64,000 nt of DNA from a virus. The notes under the pieces are model-generated. The model saw only the letters and a list, made by a program, of their open reading frames with translations, did not search any database and had not been told where the DNA came from. Shown here one piece after another: positions 37,850-47,165 of the stretch. The stretch lies in the IMG/VR virus record IMGVR_UViG_3300045988_121566, positions 1 through 64,000 of that record, one strand, 5' to 3'. Position 1 is the stretch's first letter; each line of letters starts with the position of its first letter. The position numbers and the translations under genes are program-made.

Positions 37850-38854
37850 CTAACCCTCCCAATTATTTGTTGTACCAATCAGCTTTGCTGTCTCTGCATT
37901 GTAAGGAAGACAATAAGGATAACCACCCACACAACCAATAGTATTATATTCTCCATATTGGTCAATATGACTGAAAATATTAGCAGTCCATATAGCATCA
38001 TCATCAACTCTTGTTACCACTCTATCAAATGGCTTTGGAGTCCACTTCGGTTTCAAATCCACAATGGCTTTGCTTTCGGCATCCCAAACCTTACCTTCCT
38101 TTGCTAAAGCTTCAAAGAGCTGCTTCTTTTCTGAGTCAGTGGCAAGGCGAATTTCTTCGATTTCATCTTTGGATATTGGGTATTTACCACAAATATCAAT
38201 CATCTGTAGTGTCGTGCTTAGTGAAGCGTGATCATATAAGCCATCATCCTTAAAGTAATTAAAGATTTCAATATAACAAAATCTTTTACATCTAACAAAC
38301 ACAACATCTCCATCCTTGAACTCTTGCTGTTTCTCAATCTCCAAAGTTTTACGATTGAGTTTGCCACCCAATCTTTCCTCGATAGTTTTGATATAGGTTT
38401 TAACAACTTCTTTGTTATCTTCAATATGATAGTTTTGTGTATTCTGCATATTCATAAAAGATATATGTCTCTTTTTACTTAAACTAATCCAGTGTTTACC
38501 TTCAAATATAGTATAATCATCTTTTGAGAAAGCATTAAAGATTATAAGGATATCACTATCATTGCTAATCAACACATCACCTTTCTTCCAATAGAATTTG
38601 CGCCAGTCACGCATTTCTTTTGAAGGAAGAAGAATCTGTAAACCATCAGGACATCCTCTTACTGTACCAAATTCGGAATAACCACGATGGCAAGTAGTAT
38701 TATTATCTGTCTCATTTGTACACCAAACTACTGTTTCTGTATCTGTAGTGCTGATTTTATCTAACTCTACATCTACGTTATACAGCAAATCATACAACTT
38801 AGTTCCTTTCGGTTTATCTTTTAGAATTTCCGCTATGTTAAGTTCTTTTTCCAT
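37850..38854 (-). CDS. hypothetical early protein
   Basis: 334-aa ATG ORF. Confidence 0.65.
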   Translation of the reverse strand: MEKELNIAEILKDKPKGTKLYDLLYNVDVELDKISTTDTETVVWCTNETDNNTTCHRGYSEFGTVRGCPDGLQILLPSKEMRDWRKFYWKKGDVLISNDSDILIIFNAFSKDDYTIFEGKHWISLSKKRHISFMNMQNTQNYHIEDNKEVVKTYIKTIEERLGGKLNRKTLEIEKQQEFKDGDVVFVRCKRFCYIEIFNYFKDDGLYDHASLSTTLQMIDICGKYPISKDEIEEIRLATDSEKKQLFEALAKEGKVWDAESKAIVDLKPKWTPKPFDRVVTRVDDDAIWTANIFSHIDQYGEYNTIGCVGGYPYCLPYNAETAKLIGTTNNWEG

Positions 38855-38865
38855 AATCGTATTGT

Positions 38866-39504
38866 TTAGTTTTTGTAAACTGCATCCAAGATTTCTCTGA
38901 AGTTAGGGTTGTCAATGACAGCTTGGGCATCTTTTTCGCATTTGAAATATACCGTATCGGAAGCAAAACAAGTACTATAATCTGTTATATAGCATTTGGC
39001 ACGATTACTATATAGAATACAATATTTAGATTCTGCACTATACCAATTAGGCTTCCAATCTCCATTGTAATATCTTGCTATATTCATAAGGCGATCAGTA
39101 GCACAGAGTTTGAAAGCATTGTTTTCATCAACAGGTATTCCTGTTCTGTTTCCTTCAAGATCTAAAGAATTCTCTATATCTTCATAACGCAATTCTTTCT
39201 TCTTGAACTTGATAACGCCTGCATTAAAGTCGCAATTCTCTACATCTATCTCCATCCCATCAGGGATATTGATAGTGAGTTTGTTGTCTTTGATTTCCAT
39301 ATCTTTTTTAATTTCTTTGAAACACACGTTACGGGTATCCATTCTGTTGCTTGGGCTACAAGTTCCTGCTACATTTTCTAAATAACTCCTTTTGCTATAG
39401 CATTCTTTTTCTAAATCACAAAACGCACAAAAGTAATCAGGTAGTTCTGCTACCTCATAAGTTTTCCCTTTAAACTCAAAGGTTTCTCCTATTTTTCGTT
39501 CCAT
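38866..39504 (-). CDS. hypothetical early protein
   Basis: 212-aa ATG ORF. Confidence 0.65.
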   Translation of the reverse strand: MERKIGETFEFKGKTYEVAELPDYFCAFCDLEKECYSKRSYLENVAGTCSPSNRMDTRNVCFKEIKKDMEIKDNKLTINIPDGMEIDVENCDFNAGVIKFKKKELRYEDIENSLDLEGNRTGIPVDENNAFKLCATDRLMNIARYYNGDWKPNWYSAESKYCILYSNRAKCYITDYSTCFASDTVYFKCEKDAQAVIDNPNFREILDAVYKN

Positions 39505-39518
39505 AAGCTAATTTCTTA

Positions 39519-39884
39519 TTATTTCTTAGTACAAGAAGAGTTGAGTTGTAAAACCTCAGTTATGAACATAAGCACATTGTCGCCGCAGTCGACAACCTCA
39601 TGTTTGTATTTCTCTGCATCCTCGATGAAGTGATGCCTGCTTTCATTGAAACCACATACCATAGATCCTTCAAGATTTGCAAAGAGGTAATTGTTCGAAA
39701 AAGCACGACAGCATGGGCAGAGATTGATTCCGGCTTCACGAATAGTGTTTCGTATTGGTTCGTTGTTGACACGAAGAAAGACGAATTTGCCTTGTTTAGT
39801 AGCCACCTGCTTACGAGATAAGCAGAGATACAAAGACAAAGATAAGAGGCATGTGAAGATGATAATTAATAAAGCTACGAACAT
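39519..39884 (-). CDS. hypothetical protein with N-terminal TM helix and Cys-rich domain
   Basis: MFVALLIIIFTCLLSLSLYLCL followed by CPCCRAF ... VCG. Confidence 0.55.
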   Translation of the reverse strand: MFVALLIIIFTCLLSLSLYLCLSRKQVATKQGKFVFLRVNNEPIRNTIREAGINLCPCCRAFSNNYLFANLEGSMVCGFNESRHHFIEDAEKYKHEVVDCGDNVLMFITEVLQLNSSCTKK

Positions 39885-39896
39885 TGTTATTGATTT

Positions 39897-40559
39897 TTAT
39901 TTGTTGTTTTTATTATTCTTTTTTGGGTAAAGAACATTGTTTACGTTCATTTTGTCGATATTGACACGATGGAGCTTGTGGGTGTTAGGGTCGAGACCAT
40001 GTTGCTTACAATAGTCTATCCATGCAGCTATTCCATGCGGCTTTGCTGCATCACGCAAGCGCTCCTGAGCAAGTTTCTTACTACGCTGCTCATCCTCGTA
40101 ACGGGCACGCTCCTTAAGAAGGTCTGCATCGAACGCGATTAGTGCCTTCATAACGTCTTGAGGATTAATTACAGACGTGTCGCCATCATGATTGTAATGG
40201 ACAAGTTTGCCGTATTCTCCATTCGTGAAAGCCACGAAAGCATAATCAAGTTCTGGGACTGTCCAGTAGTAGAACCGATTGCAGATACGGACTGCGAGAG
40301 TATGTATCTGATACTCCTCAACGATGTCGAATGCACCGAGATAATGAAACACCTCTATAAGTCGGCTCTTAATCCAGGAAACAAGCCTACGAAGGTCGTT
40401 CTGATCTCTGCGCACAACGGCTATAACCCTATCTTGTCCACGAGAAATAGCATCTCTGAAAGAAAGTGGTTGTATATAACCATTTCCTGTTTTAGAATTT
40501 GTCGCTACCGAGGATTCTTGCCGCTTTGGAAGCGAGTTTGACAGATCGTTGTTGCTCAT
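39897..40559 (-). CDS. hypothetical replication-region protein
   Basis: The track start at 40598 is GTG. In-frame ATGs lie at 40586 and 40559, and any of these overlaps the upstream gene. Confidence 0.5.
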   Translation of the reverse strand: MSNNDLSNSLPKRQESSVATNSKTGNGYIQPLSFRDAISRGQDRVIAVVRRDQNDLRRLVSWIKSRLIEVFHYLGAFDIVEEYQIHTLAVRICNRFYYWTVPELDYAFVAFTNGEYGKLVHYNHDGDTSVINPQDVMKALIAFDADLLKERARYEDEQRSKKLAQERLRDAAKPHGIAAWIDYCKQHGLDPNTHKLHRVNIDKMNVNNVLYPKKNNKNNK

Positions 40560-40917
40560 AGTCTTTTTGCTGAATAATCTCGTCATTCCAGCACTCACCG
40601 TTGAGATAGGTGAGTGGGTCTTTCTGAAATTGTTTGTCTTTTATACTTTTAACGTAAGCAGGAGTAGCAGCTATGCACGCTTCTCGCTGTGAAGGAGCAA
40701 GTCGAAGCCATTTCTGCTGCGCCTTTTTCTTTCCGCGCTTCTTGTCGTATAGAAGCCACCATAGCTCGAAGGACGCGAGGTCTTCTGAGAAATTCTGCTC
40801 CTTATAATACTTTCCAGTACGTACGAACATGGCACCGGCTATGAAAGCTTCGAGGCGTGCGTTATCGTCTTTAGCATAACGAGCTGCCTCTTGTCTGATT
40901 TCTTTTGGCAGTATCAT
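40492..40917 (-). CDS. hypothetical replication-region protein
   Basis: 141 aa. The motif FELWWLLYDKKRGKKKAQQKWLRL ... YLNGECW recurs in phage replication-module proteins. Confidence 0.5.
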   Translation of the reverse strand: MILPKEIRQEAARYAKDDNARLEAFIAGAMFVRTGKYYKEQNFSEDLASFELWWLLYDKKRGKKKAQQKWLRLAPSQREACIAATPAYVKSIKDKQFQKDPLTYLNGECWNDEIIQQKDYEQQRSVKLASKAARILGSDKF

Positions 40918-40944
40918 ATCTTGAGAGTTTAAAAAAGTGACACA

Positions 40945-41376
40945 TTATACCCATCCTTTGCTGGAATCAACCTCACGCTGACAATACTTAACGGCCAGTT
41001 CGTCTTCCTTGTCAGGTATCATGATTTCACGACTTTCCGCAAAGTCGATAACACCACGGATGACGGATGAAGCCTCTGCGGTGTCGAGAAGCCCGAGCGG
41101 CTTGAACTTAGGATAACCATTCTTGTCATATTCTCCCGTCATGAAAATATGAGGAGCCACATTATTCTGTATTTCGGAAAGAGTCTGGTAGAACGTCTGT
41201 CCGAGTTTGGAAGAAAGGTACGTGATAATGAATGCGAGATAAGCTTTCTGCATATCTGTAGCGACAGGGTGGAACTTTCGGATTTCGAGTGAGTAACCTA
41301 TCTCCTTAGCCTTGTCGATTTCTTTCAAGGCTTCCATATACGTGCGTAGGTTGTTGAGATTTGAAAAAACAGGCAT
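40945..41376 (-). CDS. hypothetical protein, possibly NinB/Orf-like recombination mediator
   Basis: ATG 41376 (MPVFSN) avoids overlapping the MBL gene. Only a loose pattern resemblance to lambda NinB. Confidence 0.3.
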   Translation of the reverse strand: MPVFSNLNNLRTYMEALKEIDKAKEIGYSLEIRKFHPVATDMQKAYLAFIITYLSSKLGQTFYQTLSEIQNNVAPHIFMTGEYDKNGYPKFKPLGLLDTAEASSVIRGVIDFAESREIMIPDKEDELAVKYCQREVDSSKGWV

Positions 41377-41387
41377 AGTGTAAAAAA

Positions 41388-42101
41388 TTAAATTAAATCG
41401 AGAGTAAAGCCTTTGGAGGCATAGTAGGTCGGAACGCCAAGAACCTGCTGGAACTTGTTTACAGCCTTGCTTGGCTGCAGGTGTCGCGAAGATCCATGAA
41501 TAAGAACGATCTGACGGGTTGACTTGTCTACCTCGCACTGCTGCAGGAACTGAACCGCGTGTTCGAGACTCATGTGCGAAAGTCGGATGCGGTCAGCCTG
41601 ACTTGCAGAGGTCTTTCTCTCATCTATGGCCTTGTTGAGCAAGCTATCCTCGTAATTGCACTCCATGAGGTAGGTTCGGCAGTTCTTAATAATGTTGTGC
41701 AGATTGTAGCAATCTGTAGCAAAGAAGATTGTGCCAAAATCTGGGTGGAAGATAAGGTAGCCGTAATTGGTAACGTCATGCTCTACCTCGAACGGTGTAA
41801 CCTTGAATGGACCGATAGAAAGAGTGAAGTCGAATTGCAATACTTTGACGAGGTAGCGGTTGGCCACCTCCTTGCATGAATAGACGTCGATACCTGCTGA
41901 GAAATATTCGGGAATATACTTTGCGTGATCTCCATGTACGTGAGATACGATGCATCCAACCACCTTGTTCGTCTGATAACCGATAGCCTTCTTGACCTCA
42001 CGAATGGGTCTGCCAGCTTCAAGCAGCAGGATTTCTCCTGATGCTGCTTGAATGGCATACGCATTTCCTTTTGACGATGAACCTATAACGATGAGTTTCA
42101 T
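41388..42101 (-). CDS. metallo-beta-lactamase-fold hydrolase (probable recombination nuclease)
   Basis: HxHxDH motif in VSHVHGDHAKY. Lies directly downstream of recT. Confidence 0.7.
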   Translation of the reverse strand: MKLIVIGSSSKGNAYAIQAASGEILLLEAGRPIREVKKAIGYQTNKVVGCIVSHVHGDHAKYIPEYFSAGIDVYSCKEVANRYLVKVLQFDFTLSIGPFKVTPFEVEHDVTNYGYLIFHPDFGTIFFATDCYNLHNIIKNCRTYLMECNYEDSLLNKAIDERKTSASQADRIRLSHMSLEHAVQFLQQCEVDKSTRQIVLIHGSSRHLQPSKAVNKFQQVLGVPTYYASKGFTLDLI

Positions 42102-42102
42102 G

Positions 42103-43023
42103 TTAGCTTAATTTGAAAGGATTTGGATTGACTGATTGAGGCTGTGAAGCTTCGTCACCTGGCTGTACAATTTCTCCAGTGTTTGCGTCGACAGTAGCAA
42201 CTTCCTTTGCTTCGGAAAATTCAGTATCACGCAGCTCCTCTGCCGAAATGCAAGGAGCCTCGTCTAAGTTAAGAATATCATTATTCTCGATTGAGAGTTC
42301 TCCCCACTTTGAAAGTAACTGGCGAAGAACAGTCTTGATTGCCATACTCTCGAAGTTTGCGAGCCAACCCACTCCATCGCATGCGATAAAACCTGCCTGC
42401 TTTAATGCGATTTCTTTCAGCGATTGTACCGTTACATTCTGGTTGAACTTGACGGTAGGACTATACTGCTTTGCGTATGCGCAAACATCATCCAGGGGCA
42501 TATAGAAAAGTTTGGAGAAACCATCCTTCTTCTCGAAATATGCGAAATATCCTACCGGGACGTTAGAGGTTCTCTGTCCTGTCAAGTCCAACTTACCTCT
42601 AACCTTGTCATAGGCTTTCAATTCGCCTTCGAAAACCACATCGGCATTGATGTTAGCATACTTGTTGGTGCGCATAGCGAGCTGCAAATATCCTCGAACA
42701 CCGATAACAAGCGTTGGAGTCATTACACCTTTTGTCTTGAAAGGTAGAATGTAACACTGCCCAAGTTGCTTGTTGAGGGGGAGATGGAGAGATGCTGCTT
42801 TAAGTGCCTCTGCCATAAGGTCGGTAGGCTTGCACTGCATTAACTTCTCATCAGAGGAGAAGAGTTCCATCAGGCTTGTGCAGAATGTTCCTTTGTTCTC
42901 ACGCAGGGTATTCTGTAAAAGAGACTGATAATAATTGTTGTTCATCACGTCCTGAAAGGACTTTACCGCCATTGCCTTAGTTGAAGGCTGCTTTGCTACT
43001 GTTGTTCCTGTCATTCCTGCCAT
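42103..43023 (-). CDS. recT: RecT-family single-strand annealing protein
   Basis: QCYILPF ... VIGVRGYLQLAMRTNKY ... MAIKTVLRQLLSKWG pattern of RecT. Confidence 0.8.
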   Translation of the reverse strand: MAGMTGTTVAKQPSTKAMAVKSFQDVMNNNYYQSLLQNTLRENKGTFCTSLMELFSSDEKLMQCKPTDLMAEALKAASLHLPLNKQLGQCYILPFKTKGVMTPTLVIGVRGYLQLAMRTNKYANINADVVFEGELKAYDKVRGKLDLTGQRTSNVPVGYFAYFEKKDGFSKLFYMPLDDVCAYAKQYSPTVKFNQNVTVQSLKEIALKQAGFIACDGVGWLANFESMAIKTVLRQLLSKWGELSIENNDILNLDEAPCISAEELRDTEFSEAKEVATVDANTGEIVQPGDEASQPQSVNPNPFKLS

Positions 43024-43028
43024 AATTT

Positions 43029-43238
43029 TTATTTATTTAGAAATTTAATTAATTCTTCTTTTGTTCTAAAACATTCCAATTCTTTCCGCATTGGAAAGAT
43101 TGGGAAGTGATAGGTGATACAAGGCTTTGCCGTGCCGTGTTGCTCAAACTTGATGCATGAGATGTTGGCACGGACAATCTTGTATCCGTCAAGAATATAT
43201 ACAGCATCACCTATATTGTATTTCGTCTTAATCTCCAT
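43029..43238 (-). CDS. hypothetical small protein
   Basis: ATG 43238 (MEIKTKYNIGDAVY) overlaps the ATPase stop by 11 nt. The longer track ORF is embedded in the ATPase gene. Confidence 0.5.
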   Translation of the reverse strand: MEIKTKYNIGDAVYILDGYKIVRANISCIKFEQHGTAKPCITYHFPIFPMRKELECFRTKEELIKFLNK

Positions 43239-45219
43239 CTTCGAATATGTATTCGAAGTTAGACGAAGGAGTGACGCGTAGACGTATCTGCTGCCCGCCA
43301 CGATATATAGGAGAAAGGTTGCTCTCACACTCATCAAGGACGATAGGGACGGAGAGCCCAAACTTCTCGGCTACTGTATACGCTATATCAATACCGGCAT
43401 TAGCCTTGGCTGCTGTATTGAGGCTGCTGTAAGGTACGCCATCGTGATAACACTCACAGGCCTGCTTTCGTTCGCCTTCGAGAGTTGTCCTAAAAAGCGA
43501 GAACTTAACATAGGAGAAATGCTCGTTGACACGTTCTTCGAGGAGTTGGCAGGCTTTCTGCTGATAATCATTAGCGATGTCAAGTTTCTGGTCGATATCA
43601 TCGAGCTGGCCCTGGAACTTCTCCTTGTCGCCCTGTGCATTAGAAATGAGGGTGGAGATGTGTTCATAGGTCTCTTTTGTTGCAAGACGTGAAGTAAGAC
43701 TATCAACAGTCTGCTGTTCCTCTGACTGCTGTTTCTTCAGATCAATGAGAAGTTGAGAAATGTCTTTCGTAGAATCTGACGGCTTGTTGAGTTCATCGGT
43801 AAGCGACTGTAGTTCCTCGGATGCCTGCCTGTAGTTCTCGTTGGCTGCAAGGAAATCATCTGCCGTGCGAACATTCTCGGCAAGTATAGTCTCAAGATGA
43901 GCATCAGACTGCTTCTTCGCTTTCTGAGCTTCTGTGAGCTGATTAGTGGTAGAGCGGCGTTCCTCATTTGTATTCTCAATTAGTTTCTTAATGTCGGTAT
44001 AACGCTGCTGAAGGTCACTAAACTCTTTCTGGAGTTCTTTCTGTCTGTTGGATATGTACTCATTAAACCTGTCGTGAGACTGCTGTTTTAATTCTGCTAC
44101 CCTATCGAGCGGCAGAGGTTGTCCGCAATGTGGGCACATAGAGTCTGCATCGTCCCACTCCCATTTCATCTGAGAGATTAACGTGGAGCGCTCGTTGAGT
44201 TTAATAACCTCAGCCTCGCACTCTTCCTTATGTTTGTTGGCCTGGATTTCGGTGTTAGTGAGTCCTTCCATCTTCTGCTTCAACTCATCGACCATTCGTG
44301 TAGCTGCTGAGGATGCTGCTCTGGCTGAAATTAAATCCGACTCGTGCTTTGTCGCCTCTTCATTGGCAAGGTTGCGTGCAGAAGCGGTCATCTCGTCAAT
44401 GCGCTTTTGTGTGAACTCTATGCGACGACGAAGTCCCTCATTGCGCACAGAGTCTGTTGCGCCATTCTGTGCAAGATTAATCTTGTCGCTAACCTCCTTG
44501 AGTTTCTTCTTTGCATCGTAAAGCTCTGCAGACAGCTTTTCCCAGTCTTCTGACTGAGGAAGTGCGTTATTGAGTTCTGCGAGACGGACAGGGACTTTGT
44601 CAAGATTATCCTGTACCTCCTTACGTGTGTACTTGAGGTGATGAATGAAAGCTTCGAGTTCTCGTTTCTTCAATTCCTCGGTAATGAAGTCGTATCTCGT
44701 ATCGCCTTGTGTAATGTCTTCCTGAGTGACTTCCGGTACAAGGGACTGGAGGAACTTGCGCTGTTCCTGCCATGTCATAGAAGTGAAGGCCGTGGCAGAT
44801 GAGCATAGTCGAAACGTCTTCTCCGGGCAGATGTTTTCAATAGCCTTGCGGTAGTCGCCAGCTGTCACCACTTCTCCATCAATGAAATACTTGTAAGTAT
44901 TCTTGACCTGCTCGCCCTTCCATAAATCTGTGAGTGTTCGCTTGAAGGTTGTCTTCTCGCCATCTACGCTGACAGTAAGCGAAGCCTCATGCGGAATCTC
45001 ACGGATGATTTGATGGTTGGAGTCATAGGTCTTAATGTCGAGCGCATTGCCAAACTGGTCGGTACCGAAAAGTACGTAGTAGATGGCATTGAAGATTGTC
45101 GACTTACCAATACCATTACTCCCACAAATGGTAGTGATGTTGTGATAGAACTCTATCTCTTCGTTATCAATTCCGCAGAAGTTAGACAGAGTGACTTTTT
45201 TGAATCGTATTGTTTTCAT
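43228..45219 (-). CDS. SbcC/Rad50-like SMC-type ATPase
   Basis: Walker A CGSNGIGKST, a long coiled coil with CPHCGQPL (zinc-hook-like), and C-terminal Walker B PIVLDE. Confidence 0.7.
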   Translation of the reverse strand: MKTIRFKKVTLSNFCGIDNEEIEFYHNITTICGSNGIGKSTIFNAIYYVLFGTDQFGNALDIKTYDSNHQIIREIPHEASLTVSVDGEKTTFKRTLTDLWKGEQVKNTYKYFIDGEVVTAGDYRKAIENICPEKTFRLCSSATAFTSMTWQEQRKFLQSLVPEVTQEDITQGDTRYDFITEELKKRELEAFIHHLKYTRKEVQDNLDKVPVRLAELNNALPQSEDWEKLSAELYDAKKKLKEVSDKINLAQNGATDSVRNEGLRRRIEFTQKRIDEMTASARNLANEEATKHESDLISARAASSAATRMVDELKQKMEGLTNTEIQANKHKEECEAEVIKLNERSTLISQMKWEWDDADSMCPHCGQPLPLDRVAELKQQSHDRFNEYISNRQKELQKEFSDLQQRYTDIKKLIENTNEERRSTTNQLTEAQKAKKQSDAHLETILAENVRTADDFLAANENYRQASEELQSLTDELNKPSDSTKDISQLLIDLKKQQSEEQQTVDSLTSRLATKETYEHISTLISNAQGDKEKFQGQLDDIDQKLDIANDYQQKACQLLEERVNEHFSYVKFSLFRTTLEGERKQACECYHDGVPYSSLNTAAKANAGIDIAYTVAEKFGLSVPIVLDECESNLSPIYRGGQQIRLRVTPSSNFEYIFEDGD

Positions 45220-45220
45220 A

Positions 45221-45412
45221 TTATTTTAATGTAATTAAAATGTCGTTGACAGTCTTTGAAATTTCTATTCTATTCTTCTCAAGAAGATAGTTTAGATTTT
45301 CGGAAAGGTCTCTTTGCACGGCTGTCCTTATATTAGCGTAAAGAACACCGCGAGGAACATGATGCTCATCTTGCATCATACTGCGAATAAGATCAAGTAA
45401 ATATTGTTGCAT
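45221..45412 (-). CDS. hypothetical small protein
   Basis: First ATG at 45412 (MQQYLLDL). The track start at 45514 is GTG. Confidence 0.45.
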   Translation of the reverse strand: MQQYLLDLIRSMMQDEHHVPRGVLYANIRTAVQRDLSENLNYLLEKNRIEISKTVNDILITLK

Positions 45413-45525
45413 ATTCTTTTGAATAAAATCCCACAAGGTGAGCAGGAGGACTATCCAGTGCCAGCTGCCACCAAGTGGGAAACAAACAGATAATAAAAAA
45501 TGAATAACAACCACTAATTGCAGTC

Positions 45526-46035
45526 TTATAGTGAAAGGCTTCTCTCTAATAAAAGCCTATCGACTTGTTTTTTGTAAAAATCAATCATTTGCTTTAGATC
45601 GAACAAAGACCATTCTCTTCTTTCCTGTCTTGCCCGAACTTCTATCAGGTCAACACGCTGCTCACCGATAGAGCGGACAAGCGCCCTGCGGTACATCTGA
45701 ATATTACCCTGATTGAATATATTGCAAGCAACACACTGCGGTCGGCAGTTGTCTTCTGAAAACCGGGTAGACATATATCGTCTTGACATATAGTGTCCAT
45801 TTTGAATATCTTTCCAGAAGAAAATCTTTCCGCAAGATATACATCTGCAATATCCGTTCTTGTCAGAATTCTTGAGACGTACATAATAGCTGAACCACTT
45901 GTCTAATTCCTTAATTAGAGCAGGCTTGCTTATTCCTGCTTTGACCTTTTTCTTCTCCTGAGTCTGATTGGCCTTTTTCCAGGGCGCACGTTTGAGAGGC
46001 GTACGTCTGAGGGGCTTGTATCGTTTTAATGCCAT
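45526..46035 (-). CDS. ninG: NinG-like recombination protein
   Basis: CRCISCGK ... NGHYMSRRYMSTRFSEDNCRPQCVACN is the Cys/His pattern of lambda NinG. Confidence 0.7.
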   Translation of the reverse strand: MALKRYKPLRRTPLKRAPWKKANQTQEKKKVKAGISKPALIKELDKWFSYYVRLKNSDKNGYCRCISCGKIFFWKDIQNGHYMSRRYMSTRFSEDNCRPQCVACNIFNQGNIQMYRRALVRSIGEQRVDLIEVRARQERREWSLFDLKQMIDFYKKQVDRLLLERSLSL

Positions 46036-46056
46036 ATACCTTATTATATATAGAAA

Positions 46057-46248
46057 TTAAAGGGTGTCATATATTCCTTCTGGCTTCCCGAGATCGGCAG
46101 ACATGTTCACTATCTTTGCATTGTAGACGTGTATCATGCGATACCTGTATTCGAAGAGCTTGAGATTGTCGCTCTTGTCGGTTAATAGCTGTCGGTATAT
46201 ATAGTCAACCTTATCTTGATAATATCTTGTTGATGATAATCTAATCAT
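46057..46248 (-). CDS. hypothetical small protein
   Basis: 63-aa ATG ORF. Confidence 0.5.
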   Translation of the reverse strand: MIRLSSTRYYQDKVDYIYRQLLTDKSDNLKLFEYRYRMIHVYNAKIVNMSADLGKPEGIYDTL

Positions 46249-46359
46249 ATATCTAATCGCTTTTGCGGTTAATTAAAAGCCAGTCTAACTTCTCAGTCAG
46301 ACCGGCAAAAACAATATTCAAAGCAGCCGCTGCTGCATAAAAACGGAATATATTTATAG

Positions 46360-46453
46360 TACGCAAGAGCGGAATCGAACCGCAGTGTTCACAAAAGGAA
46401 GATTGTTTTATGCACTCTGTGATAAACACTTGTCTCCTGTTGACATCTTGCGC
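46360..46453 (-). ncRNA. tRNA-like element 1 (94 nt) with non-canonical anticodon region
   Basis: Acceptor GCGCAAG/CTTGCGT (7 bp, G-U first pair). T arm GCGG-TTCGATT-CCGC. D stem of 3 bp (GTC/GAC) with a GG in the loop. No 5-bp/7-nt anticodon arm can be drawn. Confidence 0.4.
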
Positions 46454-46689
46454 TGCTGGCATCATGCGCTACCATGAATATCAAGGGGCATTCCCACCAT
46501 ACCATATATACATAAAATCGCTAAACAAAAAGTCAAAGATCAATCGAGCAATCACCACAACAACTGGCGCTTTCTCAAGTTTGCGATTTAAAATGAAGGC
46601 GGTGGTATGATGCTCGCCCGCAACATCTAATTCTGGTTAATGGACTATACCGCCTACCGCCTTACCATGAAAACGCAAATAATAACTTG

Positions 46690-46828
46690 CCAACGCAGGA
46701 GGATTCGAACCTCCGTCTCTCACCTGCTTTTTAAAGGGCTTATCGCAGGAACTTCACTACTTATCATTCACATGGCTTATAACAACATTATAAAAAGCCC
46801 TCGCTCTAACCAACTGAGCTATGCGTTG
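46690..46828 (-). ncRNA. tRNA-like element 2 (139 nt): canonical acceptor, D and T arms with a ~65-nt excess in the anticodon/variable region
   Basis: CAACGCA-TA-GCTC-AGTTGGTTA-GAGC-G-AGGGC ... GCCCT ... GGAGG-TTCGAAT-CCTCC-TGCGTTG-G. No CCA is encoded. Confidence 0.5.
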
Positions 46829-46958
46829 AGTTTAAACCCCATCTATCTTCACAGACCAATGAGGAAATGAATACACCTATTCTAACATCTAACATTAATA
46901 CCACAAACGGGACAATGGTGTTCGTCTATATAACACACCTATATATTGAGAATAATGA

Positions 46959-47165
46959 TTATGTTCTCATCTTCATGACATCTTTACCCTCAACGCCGCC
47001 AAATTCATTAATGGCTGCTTCTCGGATTAATGAAGCCAGTTCACTGTTTGTATGATACCTCAGAGCATTGTAGATTGTTGACTTGGATGCTCCGAATTTT
47101 TTCATCAGCGTAGGAATTTTTCGCTCGTCCACGAAAATTTTCCGAAATCTTACTATCTTTATCAT
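46959..47165 (-). CDS. small HTH protein (Cro/excisionase-like position)
   Basis: 68 aa with ASKSTIYNALRY. Divergent from the cI-like gene. Confidence 0.55.
   Translation of the reverse strand: MIKIVRFRKIFVDERKIPTLMKKFGASKSTIYNALRYHTNSELASLIREAAINEFGGVEGKDVMKMRT

Noticed and set aside
46575-46660. Possible third tRNA between the two tRNA-like elements (GGCGGT ... ACCGCC can pair as an acceptor-like stem).
   Set aside because: It is only ~64 nt, with no T-loop (no GTTCRANNC) and no D arm. It is most likely a chance inverted repeat.
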